From NCBI RefSeq assembly GCF_009914755.1, contig NC_060932.1: 64,000 nt of DNA; one strand, written 5' to 3'. The translations under genes were made by a program, and so were the position numbers. Numbering within the stretch: position 1 is the stretch's first letter; every line of letters starts with the position of its first letter. A model generated the notes under the pieces. It made no database searches. It worked only from the letters and a program-made list of their open reading frames with translations, and was not told the origin of the DNA. Below, in pieces: positions 34,566-48,480 of this stretch. This DNA is from the human T2T-CHM13v2.0 reference genome, Homo sapiens.

Positions 34566-35582
34566 TTACATTTTGGCATGTTTTTGCAGTGGCTGGTACC
34601 GGTTGTTCCTTCCCATGTTTAGTGCTTCCTTTAGGAGCTCTTTTAGGGCAGGCCTGGTGGTGACAAAATCTCTCAGCATTTGCTTGTCTGTCAAGTATTT
34701 TATTTCTCCTTCACTTATGAAGCTTAGTTTGGCTGGATATGAAATTCTGGGCTGAAAATTCTTTTCTTTAAGAATGTTGAATATTGGGCCCCACTTTCTT
34801 CTGGCTTGTAGAGTTTCTGCTGAGAGATCCGCTGTTAGTCTGATGGGCTTCCCTTTGTGGGTGACCCGACCTTTCTCTCTGGCTGCCCTTAACATTTTTT
34901 CCTTCATTTCAACTTTGGTGAATCTGATAATTATGTGTCTTGGAGTTGCTCTTCTCGAGGAGTATCTTTGTGGCATTCTCTGTATTTCCTGAATCTGAAT
35001 GTTGGCCTGCCTTGCTAGATTGGGGAAGTTCTCCTGGATAATATCCTACAGAGTGTTTTCCAACTTGGTTCCATTCTCCCCATCACTTTCAGGTGCACCA
35101 ATCAGATGTAGATTTGGTCTTTTCACATAGTCCCATATTTCTTGGAGGCTTTGTTCATTTCTTTTTATTCTTTTTTCTCTAAACTTCCCTTCTCACTTCA
35201 TTTCCTTCATTTCATCTTCCATCACTGATACCCTTTCTTCCAGTTGATCGCATCAGCTCCTGAGGCTTCTGCATTCTTCACATAGTTCTCGAGCCTTGGC
35301 TTTCTGCTCCATCACCTCCTTTAAGGACTTCTCTGCATTGGTTATTCTAGGTATCCATTCATCTAATTTTTTTTCAAAGTTTTTAACTTCTTTGCCATTG
35401 GTTTGAATTTCCTCCTGTAGCTCGGAGTAGTTTGATTGTCTGAGGCCTTCTTCTCTCAACTGGTCAAAGTCATTCTCCATCCAGCTTTGTTCCGTTGCTG
35501 GTGAGGAGCTGCATTCCTTTGGGGGAGGAGAGGCACTCTGCTTTTTAGAGTTTCCAGTTTTTCTGCTCTGTTTTTTCCCCAT
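34566..35582 (-). pseudogene. L1 ORF1p, disrupted
   Basis: MGKKQSRKTGN...QPLQKHAKM spans the canonical 1017 nt, with in-frame stops at 35253, 35193 and 35046. Confidence 0.95.
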
Positions 35583-36175
35583 CTTTGTGGTTTTATCTAC
35601 TTTTGGTCTTTGATGATGGTAACGTACAGATGGGTTTTTGGTGTGGATGTCCTTTCTGTTTGTTAGTTTTCCTTCTAACAGACAGGACCCTCAGCTGCAG
35701 GTCTGTTGGAGTTTGCTGGAGGTCCACTCCAGACCCTGTTTGCCTGGGTATCAGCAGCAGTGGCTGCAGAACAGCGGTGGCTGTAGAACAGCAGATATTG
35801 GTGAACTGCAAATGCTGCTGCCTGATGGTTCCTCTGGAAGTTTTGTCTCAGAGGAGTACCCAGCTGTATGAGGTGTCAGACTGCCCCTACTAGGGGGTGC
35901 CTCCCAGTTAGGCTGCTTGGGGGTCAGGGACCCACTTGAGGAGGCAGTTTGCCCGTTCTCAGATCTCCAGCTGTGTGCTGGGAGAACCACTACTCTCTTC
36001 AAAGCTGTCAGACAGGTACATTTAAGTCTGCAGAGGTTACTGCTGTCTTTTTGTTTGTCTGTGCCCTGCCCCCAGAGGTGGAGCCTACAGAGGCAGGAAG
36101 ACCTCCTTGAGCTGTGGTGGGCTTCACCCAGTTGTAGCTTCCCAGCTGCTTTGTTTACCTAATCAAGCCTGGGCA

Positions 36176-36640
36176 ATGGCAGGCACCCCTCCCCCAGCCT
36201 CACTGCTGCCTTGCAGTTTGATCTCAGACTGCTGTGCTAGCAATCAGCGAGACTCCGTGGGCTTAGGACCCTCCGAGCCATGTGTGGGATATAATCTCCT
36301 GGTGTGCTGTTTTTTAAGCCCGTTGGAAAAGTGCAGTATTAGGGTGGGAGTGACCCGATTTTCCAGGTGCCATCTGTCACCCCTTTCTTTGACTAGGAAA
36401 GGGAACTCCCTGACCCCTTGTACTTCCCGAGTAAGGCAATGCCTCACCCTGCTTCAGCTCGCGCACAGTGCGCTGCACCCACTGTCCTGCACCCACTGTC
36501 TGGCACTCCCTAGTGAGATGAACAGGTACCTCAGATGGAAATGCAGAAATCACCCATCTTCTGCATCGCTCTCGCTGGGAGCTGTAGACAGGAGCTGTTC
36601 CTATTCGGCCATCTTGGCTCCACTCCCTCTGTGTTCTTAA
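36176..36640 (+). CDS. L1 ORF0-like antisense ORF, open and C-terminally extended (154 aa)
   Basis: MAGTPPPASLLPCSLISDCCASNQRDSVG matches the primate L1 ORF0 N-terminus. Expression is not shown. Confidence 0.5.
   Translation: MAGTPPPASLLPCSLISDCCASNQRDSVGLGPSEPCVGYNLLVCCFLSPLEKCSIRVGVTRFSRCHLSPLSLTRKGNSLTPCTSRVRQCLTLLQLAHSALHPLSCTHCLALPSEMNRYLRWKCRNHPSSASLSLGAVDRSCSYSAILAPLPLCS
36607..36615 (-). promoter_or_regulatory. YY1 site of the L1 5' UTR promoter
   Basis: AAGATGGCC is intact at the L1 5' end. Confidence 0.85.
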
Positions 36641-38164
36641 ATATCTGATTTTTTTTTGTAATCCAAGATTTTGGATATGAGTTAGATCAGCTCTTAGATA
36701 TATCTCCTATGTTTGTCACAATGAAGCTAGGTCCAGGAAACTCCATAAACTCCAGCTCACATATCTTGTTTATGTTTTCTCACAATAATAAAGTAGGATG
36801 TTATAGGGTATATATTTAAAAGTTATATATTTCAGGTTATTTCTCTCATCTTCATAGACTATATTCTCACCTTGAAAATCTATATGTGGGGGGCACTAAT
36901 GGAGCAATATGGACTGTATTTACCTTACATCTGAAATCACTAAAGATCTAGACAAAATATACCAAATAATAGTTTTCAGATGCTGATGTATGAAAGAGAA
37001 GAAACAGAAGTATGAGGCCTACAGTTGTGCCAAATTAATTCCTGAAGAGGGCTTCCAGCTTTCTTATCAGAAAAAAGAAACCCAAGAAGAGTCCAATAGT
37101 CTACCTGAGCTGACGAGATGAAAGTGGGCATCCAAGGTTGCCATATAGCTAGAGTTTGTTGAGCAGAATACCTTATAGAGAAGAAGGAACTGGAAGGAGA
37201 AAAAAAAAGAAGAAAGAAAGCTCTTGGTACTCTGAATATTCTGCTGAGCACAGGTAAGTGTTTACTTGGAGAAAACTGTCAGAGACCATGAGGGAAGGGA
37301 AAGTACCAAATGGAAGAGGCAGAATAATCCCTGGAGCTCAAAGAAGGATGGGAATAGTTCATGTCTCCACTAGCTAAAGTAGAAAAATCTTGCAGCACGT
37401 GGGATATCAGGCAGAATACTATGAAGATTATCATCTCGGTGGCAGGAAAAAATAGCTCTAAACTAGTTGTTCTACTGCTGTATAATAAAGCTTGAAAGCA
37501 GGACTCAAAAGAGTCAAACATTTCCAACATACCTACATTCATGAGCAAAGTTCACTAACACATTAAAGAATGTGAGCAATCAGCAAAGTAAAATTTACAA
37601 TGCCTGGCATCCAATAGGTAATTATCAGGCACACAGGGAGGCAAAATCTAAAGTTAATGAATAGAGAAAAAAATGTAATCAGGTAAGACCAACCTAGAAT
37701 TGGCAGATGATTAATATACAAAGGTATCAATGCAGTTTTATAACTCTTTTCCTCATGTTTCAGAAGATAGAACAAAATATGATTATTTTAAGGGCATAGT
37801 AGATATAAGAGAGATCAAAAATAAAATTTTAGAGTTAGAGAATACAATGTTTGAGATTTAAAAATGTACTTGAAATTAACTGTAAATTAGACACTGTATA
37901 ACAACAGATTAATTGAAGACATAGTATTAAAAATTATCTAAATTAAAACACAGAAAAAAAAGTCACATTATAAACTAGTGATAAAGAGAATATCTTCTTA
38001 AAAGCCTCCAGAGTAAAATAACACATTTCAAACAGAAGAGCAAAGAAGAATAATAAGAGACATCTCTTCAGATACAATATAAGCCCAAAGACAGTGGGAC
38101 ATCTCTACAGAAAATAAAAATATTGCCAAACTAAAATTTTATCGCCAGTCAAATATCTCTTTTA

Positions 38165-38348
<184 letters not shown>

Positions 38349-38989
38349 GTAGAAAAAAAATATTTTCCAGATATTCTAAAGCTGAAGGGACTCATTACCA
38401 GCAGACATTTAATACAAAAAAGGTTAATTGAAGTGGTTTATGATGAAAGAAAATGATATCAGGTCAAAGTCTGGATCTTTACAAAGCAATTAAAGCCACC
38501 AGAAATAATAGTTATAAAATAATTGTCTTTCAAATTTTATTAAAAGATACTTGACTGTTTAAAGCAAAAATATTGCAATGAATTTTGGGATTTATTATCT
38601 ACAGAGAGAAGTAAAATATATAACAATAGTGCAAAAGCCAGCTTTACCCTGATACCAAAATGAGAAAAAGATATTAGAACAGCAAGAAAATCTACAGACG
38701 AATATTGCTCATAAATATAGACACAAAACTCCTTAACAGTATTTCTAATATTTAAATCCAACAATATATGGAAGAGTAATATATCATGACCAAGTGAGAT
38801 TTGTCCCACGATGCAAATTATATTAATATTAATACATTAAAATATTTATATTAATATCTTCAAAAGTCAATCAATAGAATTTACAGTATTAAACTACTAA
38901 AAAATGAAAAGCCATAAAATCATTCTTAATACATGCAGAAAAAATATAATAGCCAACATTCATTCATGATTAAAACTCTCAGCAAGCTA

Positions 38990-39319
<330 letters not shown>

Positions 39320-39818
39320 TCAGCTGAGTCTATATATAAGCAATAATGAATCTGAAACTGAATTTTTTAAAAACATCATTTATAATAGCATCAAAAATAT
39401 ACTATTTAGACATAAATTTGGTGAAAGATGTGCAAAAACTGTACACTAAAAAGCAAAAAATATTTCTGAGAGAAATTTAAAAAGACAAGTGAAAATAATA
39501 TACCATTTTTATTTGAAGACTCAATATTGTCAACATGTGAATTCTTCCTAGATTGTGCTTCACTGAAATCCTAATCAAAAGCTAAGCAAGCTTGTTTGTA
39601 AAAAATGACAATTTAATTTTAAAATTTATATGGAAATGCAGAGGACCTTGAAAGCTAAAATAACTTTAAAAAGGAAAAGTTGAATTTATACTAACTGAAA
39701 TGAAGACTTATAAAGCTACAGCAGTAAAACCAGCGTAGTATGTGACACCAATAACCTCTTTCCATTTACAAAGAGTAACTCAAAGTGGATTAGAAATCTA
39801 AATATAAGAGTTAATACT

Positions 39819-40160
<342 letters not shown>

Positions 40161-40799
40161 CTAGGAGAAAATCTTAGTTTCTTTGAGTTTGTCCAAGATT
40201 TCTTTAATAGAACACAAAACATAAACTACAAAAGAAAAAAAATTAACAAACTTAACTTTATCAAAAGTGAATTCCTTTTATCTTTTTAAAAGATACTTAC
40301 AAAAGAAAAAAGCCAAACACAGACCTGGAGGAAGTATTTACAAAATATATGTCTCACAAGTGACTTAAATGTGGTATATGTAATGAATGTTTACATCCCA
40401 TTCATAATACAAACATTCCAATAAAAATCAGGCAAAAGATCTGAACTAACAGTTTACCACATACAGATGTCAAATAAAGACATAAAAAAATGCTAAACAT
40501 CCTTAGTCATTAGGGAAACTCAATTTATAACACAATAATATTTTACTATACTAAAGGAATAGCTAAAATTAAAAAGACTACCATATCGAGTTGGCAGAAA
40601 TGTGGAACAAATGGAACTCTCATATATTGCTGGTTAGAATGTAAAATAATACAACCACCTTGTTAAATAGTTTGGCAATGTCTTAAAATATTAAACATAC
40701 ACTTAGTATTTTACTCAGCCCTTCTACTCCAAGGTATTCTCCCAAAAGAAATAAAAGTGTATGTCCATATAAAGAGTTGTACATGAATGTTCATAGCTT

Positions 40800-40915
40800 T
40801 AATTTATATATATTATATATAATTATTTTAAATATATATGTTATATGCATAATTATACATATCATATATAAATTATATATAATTTATATTCACACACACA
40901 CACACGCACACACAC
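40800..40915. repeat. AT-rich low-complexity tract plus (CA)n
   Basis: Directly visible. Confidence 0.85.
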
Positions 40916-41113
40916 TAGGCATAGACAAACTGTTTTTGTAAAGGGCCAAACAATTCATATTTTCAACCTTCTTCGTCAAATAGTTTCCACTAAGCTCTGC
41001 CATTCTATGAAACAAGTATGTACAATATATAAGCAGATGGGATGGTCATATGTGGCGAACAACAGGATGCATTTTGTCAGTTGAATTTGGCCTGCTGAAT
41101 TTGCCAAACTCTA
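40916..41113. mobile_element. MER58A-like hAT MITE
   Basis: GACAAACTGTTTTTGTAAAGGGCC...TTTGGCC...TTTGCCAAACTCTA. Confidence 0.7.
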
Positions 41114-41334
41114 CATACAGTGAACTATTACTATTCAGCAATAAAAAGAAATAAGCTGATATATGTAATAATATGGATGAATCTTCACATAGTTATGCTG
41201 AATTTAAAAAGCCAGATTAAGAAAAGGAAGCATACTGTATAATTCCAGTTATAAAATTCTAGAACTTACAAACCAACCTATAGTGGTGAAAGGTTTATAA
41301 GTAATATCTTGGGAATGGCTAAATAATTATTTAG

Positions 41335-42545
41335 ATCTATTTCTTTTAGTTTCTTGAACATATTTATAATATTCAATTTAAAGTATTTGTCTAGTAAATC
41401 CAACATCTGGGATTCCTCAAAGACAGTTTCTATTGACTGCTTTTTTTTTTCCTGTATACTAGCCATACTTCCCTGTTTATTTGTGTGACTGATGACTTTT
41501 TTGTTGAAAAGTAGATATTTTAAATATAGAACGTGGCAACTCCAGAAATTTAGTTCCTTCCCCTAAAGTTGTTGTTGTAGTTGTTGCTGCTGCTGCTGTC
41601 ACTGCTGTTTATATGTTATTGACTTTCTTGGGCTAGTTCTGCATGACCTGTATTCTTTTCCTGGTGCAGCCACCAAAGCTTCTGCTTAGTTAGCTTAGTG
41701 GTCAACTAATGATTGGACAAATATTTCCTTAAATTCCTTGAACCAATAAGTTGCTCGTCCTTTATTGGAGCAAAGAGAATCCTTCAATTCTCTAGCAGTT
41801 CTACCTTAGCCTTTATTATCTAGTTGTGCAGAGTCTTGAGATCAACCAAAGATTAGTTGTTAGGACATTCTCAGGTCATTCTTGTATATGCCTACCACTT
41901 AACATGGGTGCAATACCTTGTAGATCTCCAAGAATATGTTGGAGCTTTTCAAAGACCCCTATAGAAATCAAATTCTTCAGGTTTTCTTTTAAAGTTTTGT
42001 CCAGATTCTTGTTTTCTCTAGGAACATCACTGCCTCAAGCAGCCGAGATGTTAAACAATTACCACTGATTGTTTCTGACAAACTTCCCTGGGAATAAAAC
42101 TTTCCTCATTGAGTGAACTTTAAATCAAGTCAAATAAAGAAAATCTTTGTGAATGGGGCTTCTAGGAAGTTTCTAGATGGGTCAAATAGTGGCAATTCTC
42201 TGAGGATGGAGCTTTTTGGGGAGCTCCAGAATTGTTCTGTCCCCCTCCAATGGCAGCCAGTCTCTTGGTTTTTGTAACTTCTGTGGTTCCAAGGCTGCTA
42301 ATTTTCAAGGTTTCTGTGGAACTAGGGAGTAATAGGTGGAAATAGGTCAAGTTAAAATTCCAGAAAACTCACTGATCTTACTGAGATTCAATTATATTTT
42401 TGCGTAAGTGCTTCTCAATTGTTGTAAGCTTTTGATTAGTTTCTAGAGTTATTTAAAACTTGATTATGACAGTTAAGGCAGTGTTTTCATTTATCTTATG
42501 GAGGAGTGGATTTTTGGAGATCATTAACTCTGCCATTGCAGGAGT
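41335..42545 (-). mobile_element. L1M 5' region fragment
   Basis: Antisense L1M 5' UTR/ORF1-start-like sequence (TGTCTAGTAAATCCAACATCTGGG...). Confidence 0.7.
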
Positions 42546-43379
42546 TTTTCTCTGGGTTCTTGGATTTTGCTATCCCCCATATTTGCCAAATATAGCTTAT
42601 GTTTCAGTATCTCATTTTTCTTGTTAATTTTTTGGATTACTTCCAGAAAACTAGTGAAAAAAATCTGGCTTTAACTTGCATTTCATACCAAAGGTGCTAC
42701 TCGTTTTATACTTTAATGAAGATGAAGAGAAGAAAATAGTTTTGAAATTATATTGAAAATTTAAAGCATGCAGTAGTCTAAGAACTGTGCTATGCTGAAA
42801 GGGGAACACCTGGCAATATGAAACTCAGCAGACAATTGTTGCTACTCTAAAGGGATTTTCCTGTATATTTTGTTGGCCTTTTAAATTCTTTATCTTGATT
42901 TGTCCTAGCATATTCAAGAGTCCCAAATGAACCATCCATAAATATACAAGATTACTTTAATCTGAAATCTGGTGAATTTATGGAATTATCTTACATACCA
43001 TTAATTTACTTCCATTACCCATTTAGCAAGATTGAAATATAGGAAGACTATATGAAGATAAAATGAGGCAAGGATCACATTTGATAGTCTATTTCAGATG
43101 TGCCAACCTAGGAATGTGTCTCATTTAGCCACTGTATATGCAAATCTCCAAAACGTAAATCCTTTGCAAAATATCTGAGTACCAGCATTTTAATTTTTTT
43201 TCTTTTTAACATATGAAACTTTATGTCTATATATGTATGTATCAACTCATGATCTTATGTAGGAAAAGGAAGGTCCTCTGTTTAATGTAGTTTTTAAAAA
43301 TTTTTCTTTGGAAAGTAAAATTAATGGTGATACAAAACCAAAGCCTTCCAGTGATGTGATAGCTGCAGTGCCATTGGAT

Positions 43380-43630
43380 AGCTAGGCACCAAATCCATCA
43401 AAGTTAGAAGAGGCACTGAAGCATTTAAAGGTACATGGTTTTTGAATCACAAAAAAACCTGAGGCTGAATTTTTACTTCTATTGCCTCCTCTATAAAATG
43501 AAAGTAACAGTAACTCCTGCCCCCAAAGGGCTGTAATGAGGACTAAGTGTTGTAATCTGTTTCAAACCCTTAGCACAGTGTCTGACACTGGTAAATCTTG
43601 ATTAAGTTATGTCACTTATTATTAACTATT
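43380..43630 (+). mobile_element. MIR
   Basis: CTATAAAATGAAAGTAACAGTA...GGGCTGTAATGAGGACTAAG...CTTAGCACAGTGTCTGACAC. Confidence 0.7.
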
Positions 43631-44078
43631 CATTTATGGTTAGCATGTCTCCCTTATGTTAACCTCAATGAAATAAGATGTGATGAAAAGAACACCAAGT
43701 CTGACTTTAAATATAAGATTCAAGAAATGTGTTTATTCATTTAAAAAAATCAGCTTAATGGAAAGGTAAAAGGCTACCTCATTTCTTCTAAATGTTTTTA
43801 ACCTGAAGTTTGCTTGCTTTCTAATTCTGACTGCCATTGTTCAGTATTATCATCTCTTGCCTGCATTGCTATGGAAACCACCAAACTATGTCATGTGCTT
43901 TTCCTCTTACTCAATTTTTTATCCAATTCCATTGTATTTTCCCCACACCTGCCAGAGTAACCTAAGAGAAAAAACTACATTATAGAGAATTCTCAGATCC
44001 CTTAAGCTGACTCTTTTTATACCTACCATTCTACCAACATTCCTCTCTATACCTAGAATATCCTCTTTCCCTCTTTTG

Positions 44079-44081
<3 letters not shown>

Positions 44082-44112
<31 letters not shown>
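44082..44112. repeat. pure poly(T)31
   Basis: Directly visible. Confidence 0.95.
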
Positions 44113-44113
<1 letters not shown>

Positions 44114-44219
44114 GTCAGGAGATGGTGGTGCTTTGTTTACTCCTACTTACCTAATAAGATTTACCTTAATGATAAAATTCTCTAAGACTTCCTTGGGTCT
44201 TCAGTTTATATTAGATGTT

Positions 44220-45433
<1,214 letters not shown>

Positions 45434-45966
45434 TCTGTTCTAATATTTCCTCTGTGATCCTGATTCCTGACACAGAGCTCCTAGACCTTTGTAATTTCCT
45501 GAGTGCTAGGAATGTCTGGCACAGAGTTCCTAAATCCCTTGGAATTTCCTGGGTGATAGAAGCATTTTTGTTTTAATGAGGTGACTTCTAGTGGGCTCTT
45601 GGATAGCTTCAATATGGAGGCTTGTTGTCAGGGAAACCAACAGAGTGATTAGAGGGTTGGAAATTTCAGCCCCACCCACCAACCTCTGGAGACAGGAGAG
45701 GGGCTGAAGGTTGAGTTGATCTCCAACAGCCAATGGTGTAATCAATAATGCCTACCTAATGAAGCCTCCATAAAAACCCAAAAGGACAATGTTTGGAGAG
45801 ATTTTGGGTTATGAGCAGTTGAATGTTCCTGGAGGGTAGCTCAACTTGACCAAAGACAGCATGGAGGATCCACACCTCTTCCTCCATACCTTGCCCTATG
45901 CATCTCTTCCATCTAGCTGTTCATCTGAATTCTTCTTCATTTCCTTTATTAGTATAATAAACCAGT

Positions 45967-48480
45967 TATATTAGTCCATTTTCATGCTGCTAATAAAGAC
46001 ATACCTGAGACTTGGGAATTTACAAAAGAAAGAGGTTTAATGAACTTACAGTTCCACATGGCTGGAGAGGCCTCATAATCATGGTGGAAGCCAAGGAGTA
46101 GCAAGTCACATCTTTACATGGATGGCAGCAAGCAGAGAGAAAGCTTGTGCATCTCTTTAAAAAAATCACCATTTTAAGACCATCAAATCCTGTGGGACCC
46201 ATTCACTATCACAAGAACAGCATGGGAAAGACCTGTCCCCATGATTCTATCATCTCCCACCAGGTGCCTCTCACAACATGTGGGAATTATGGGAGCTACA
46301 AGATGAGATTTGGGTGGGGACACAGAGCCAACCCGTATCATTCTGCCCCTGGCCCATCCCAAATCTCATATCTTCACATTTCAAAACTAATCATGACTTC
46401 CCAACAGTCCCCCAAAGTTTCAACTCATTTCAGCTTTAACTCAAAAGTCCACAGTCCAAAGTTTCATCTGAGACAAGGCAAGTCCCTTCCACCTATGAGC
46501 CTGTGAACTCAAAAGCAAGTTAGTTACTTCCTAGATACAATGGGGTACAGGTATTGGATAAATACAGCTGTTCCAAATGGGAGAAATTGGCCAAAACAAA
46601 GGGGTTACAGGGCCCATGCAAGTCTTAAATCCAGTGGGGTAGTCAAATTTTAAAGCTCCAGAATGATCTCCTTTGACTCCAGGTCTCACATGTGGTCATG
46701 CTGATGCAAGAGGTGGGTTCCCATGGTCTTGGGCAGCTCCACCCCTGTGGTTTTGCAGGATACAACCTCCCTCCCAGCTGCTTTCATGGGCTAGCATTGA
46801 GTGTCTGAGGCTTTTCCAGGCACACGATGCAAGCTGTCAGTGGATCTACCATTCTGGGGTCTAGATGATGGGGGCTCTCTTCTCACAGCTTCACAAGGCA
46901 GTGCCCCAGTAGGGACTCTGTGGGGATTCCAACCCCACATTTCCCTTCCGCACTAACCTAGAAGAGGTACTCCATGAGGGCCCCACCCCTACAGCAAACT
47001 TTTGCCTGGGCATCCAGGTGTTTCCATATATCTTCTGAAATCTAGATGGAGGTTCCCAAACCTCAATTCTTGACTTCTGTGCACCCACAGGCTCAACACC
47101 ACATGGAAGCTGCCAAGGTTTGGGGCTTCCACCCTCTGAAATCATAGGCTGGCCCCTTTCAGCCATGGCTTGAGCGGCTGGGTCACAGGGCACCAAGTCC
47201 CTAGGCTACACACAGCATGGGTACCCTGGGCCTGGCCCATTAAACCACTTTTTCCTCCCGGGCTTCTGGGCCTGTGATGGGAGGGGCTGCCAAGAAGGTC
47301 TCTGATATGGCCTGGAGACACCTACCCCATGGTCTTGGGAATTAACATTAGGCTCCTTGCTACATACACAAATTTCTGCATCCAGCTTGAATTTCTCATC
47401 AAAAAATGGGTTTTTCTTTTCTACTCCTCATCAGGCTGCAAATTTTCTGAACTTTTATGCTGTTTCCCTTTTAAAATGAAATGCTTTTAACAGCACCCAA
47501 GTCACCTTTTGAATGTTTTTTTTTAAATTTTATTATTATTATACTTTAAGTTTTAGGGTACATGTGCACAATGTACAGGTTAGTTACATATGTATACATG
47601 TGCCATGCTGGTGTGCTGCACCCATTAACTCGTCATTTAGCATTAGGTATATCTCCTAATGCTATCCCTCCCCTCTCCCCCCACCCCACAACAGTCCCCA
47701 CAGTGTGATGTTCCCCTTCCTGTGTCCATGTATTCTCATTGTTCAGTTCCCACCTATGAGTTTTACTGCTGAGAAATTTCTTCTGCCAGATACCCTAAAT
47801 CATCTCTCTTGAGTTCAAAGTTCCACAGATCTCTAGGGCAGGGGCAAAATCCACCAGTCTCTTTGCTAAAACATAACAAGAGTCATCTTTGCTCCAGTTC
47901 CCAACAAGTTCCTCATCTCCATCTGAGACCACCTCAGCCTGGACCTTATTGTTTATATCACTGTCACCATTTTTGTCAAAGCCATTCAACAAGTCTCTAG
48001 GAATTTCTACTTTCCAACATTTTCCTGTCTTCTTCTGAGCCCTCCACACTGTTGCAATCACTACCTGTTACCCAGTTCCAAAGTTGCTTCCACATTTTCG
48101 GGTATCTTTTCAGCAGTACCCCACTCTACTGATACCAATTTACTGTATTAGTCCATTTTCATGCTGCTGATAAAGACATACCTGAGACTGGGGAATTTAC
48201 AAAAGAAAGAGGTTTATTGGACTTACAGTTCCACATGGCTGGGGAAGCAAGTCACATCTTACATGGATGGGGGCAAGCAAAGAGAGAGAGCTTGTGCAGA
48301 GAAACTCCCATTTTTAAAACCAACAGATCTTGTGAGACGCATTCACTATCACAAGAATAGTGAGGGAAAGACCCAACCCCATGATTCAATCATCTCCCAC
48401 TAGGTCCCTCCCTCAACACATGGGAATTATGGGAGCTACAAGATGAGATTTGGGTGGGAACACAGAGCCAAACCATATCA
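45967..48480 (-). mobile_element. full THE1 (THE1A-like) MaLR provirus: LTRs 45967-46340 and 48144-48480 plus THE1-int
   Basis: Two direct LTRs around a roughly 1.55-kb internal region (excluding the L1 insert); TSD CCAGT / CTGGT. Confidence 0.93.
47516..47760 (-). mobile_element. L1PA3-like 3' fragment inside THE1-int
   Basis: TTATTATACTTTAAGTTTTAGGGTACATGTGCAC...CCCACCTATGAG. Confidence 0.93.
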
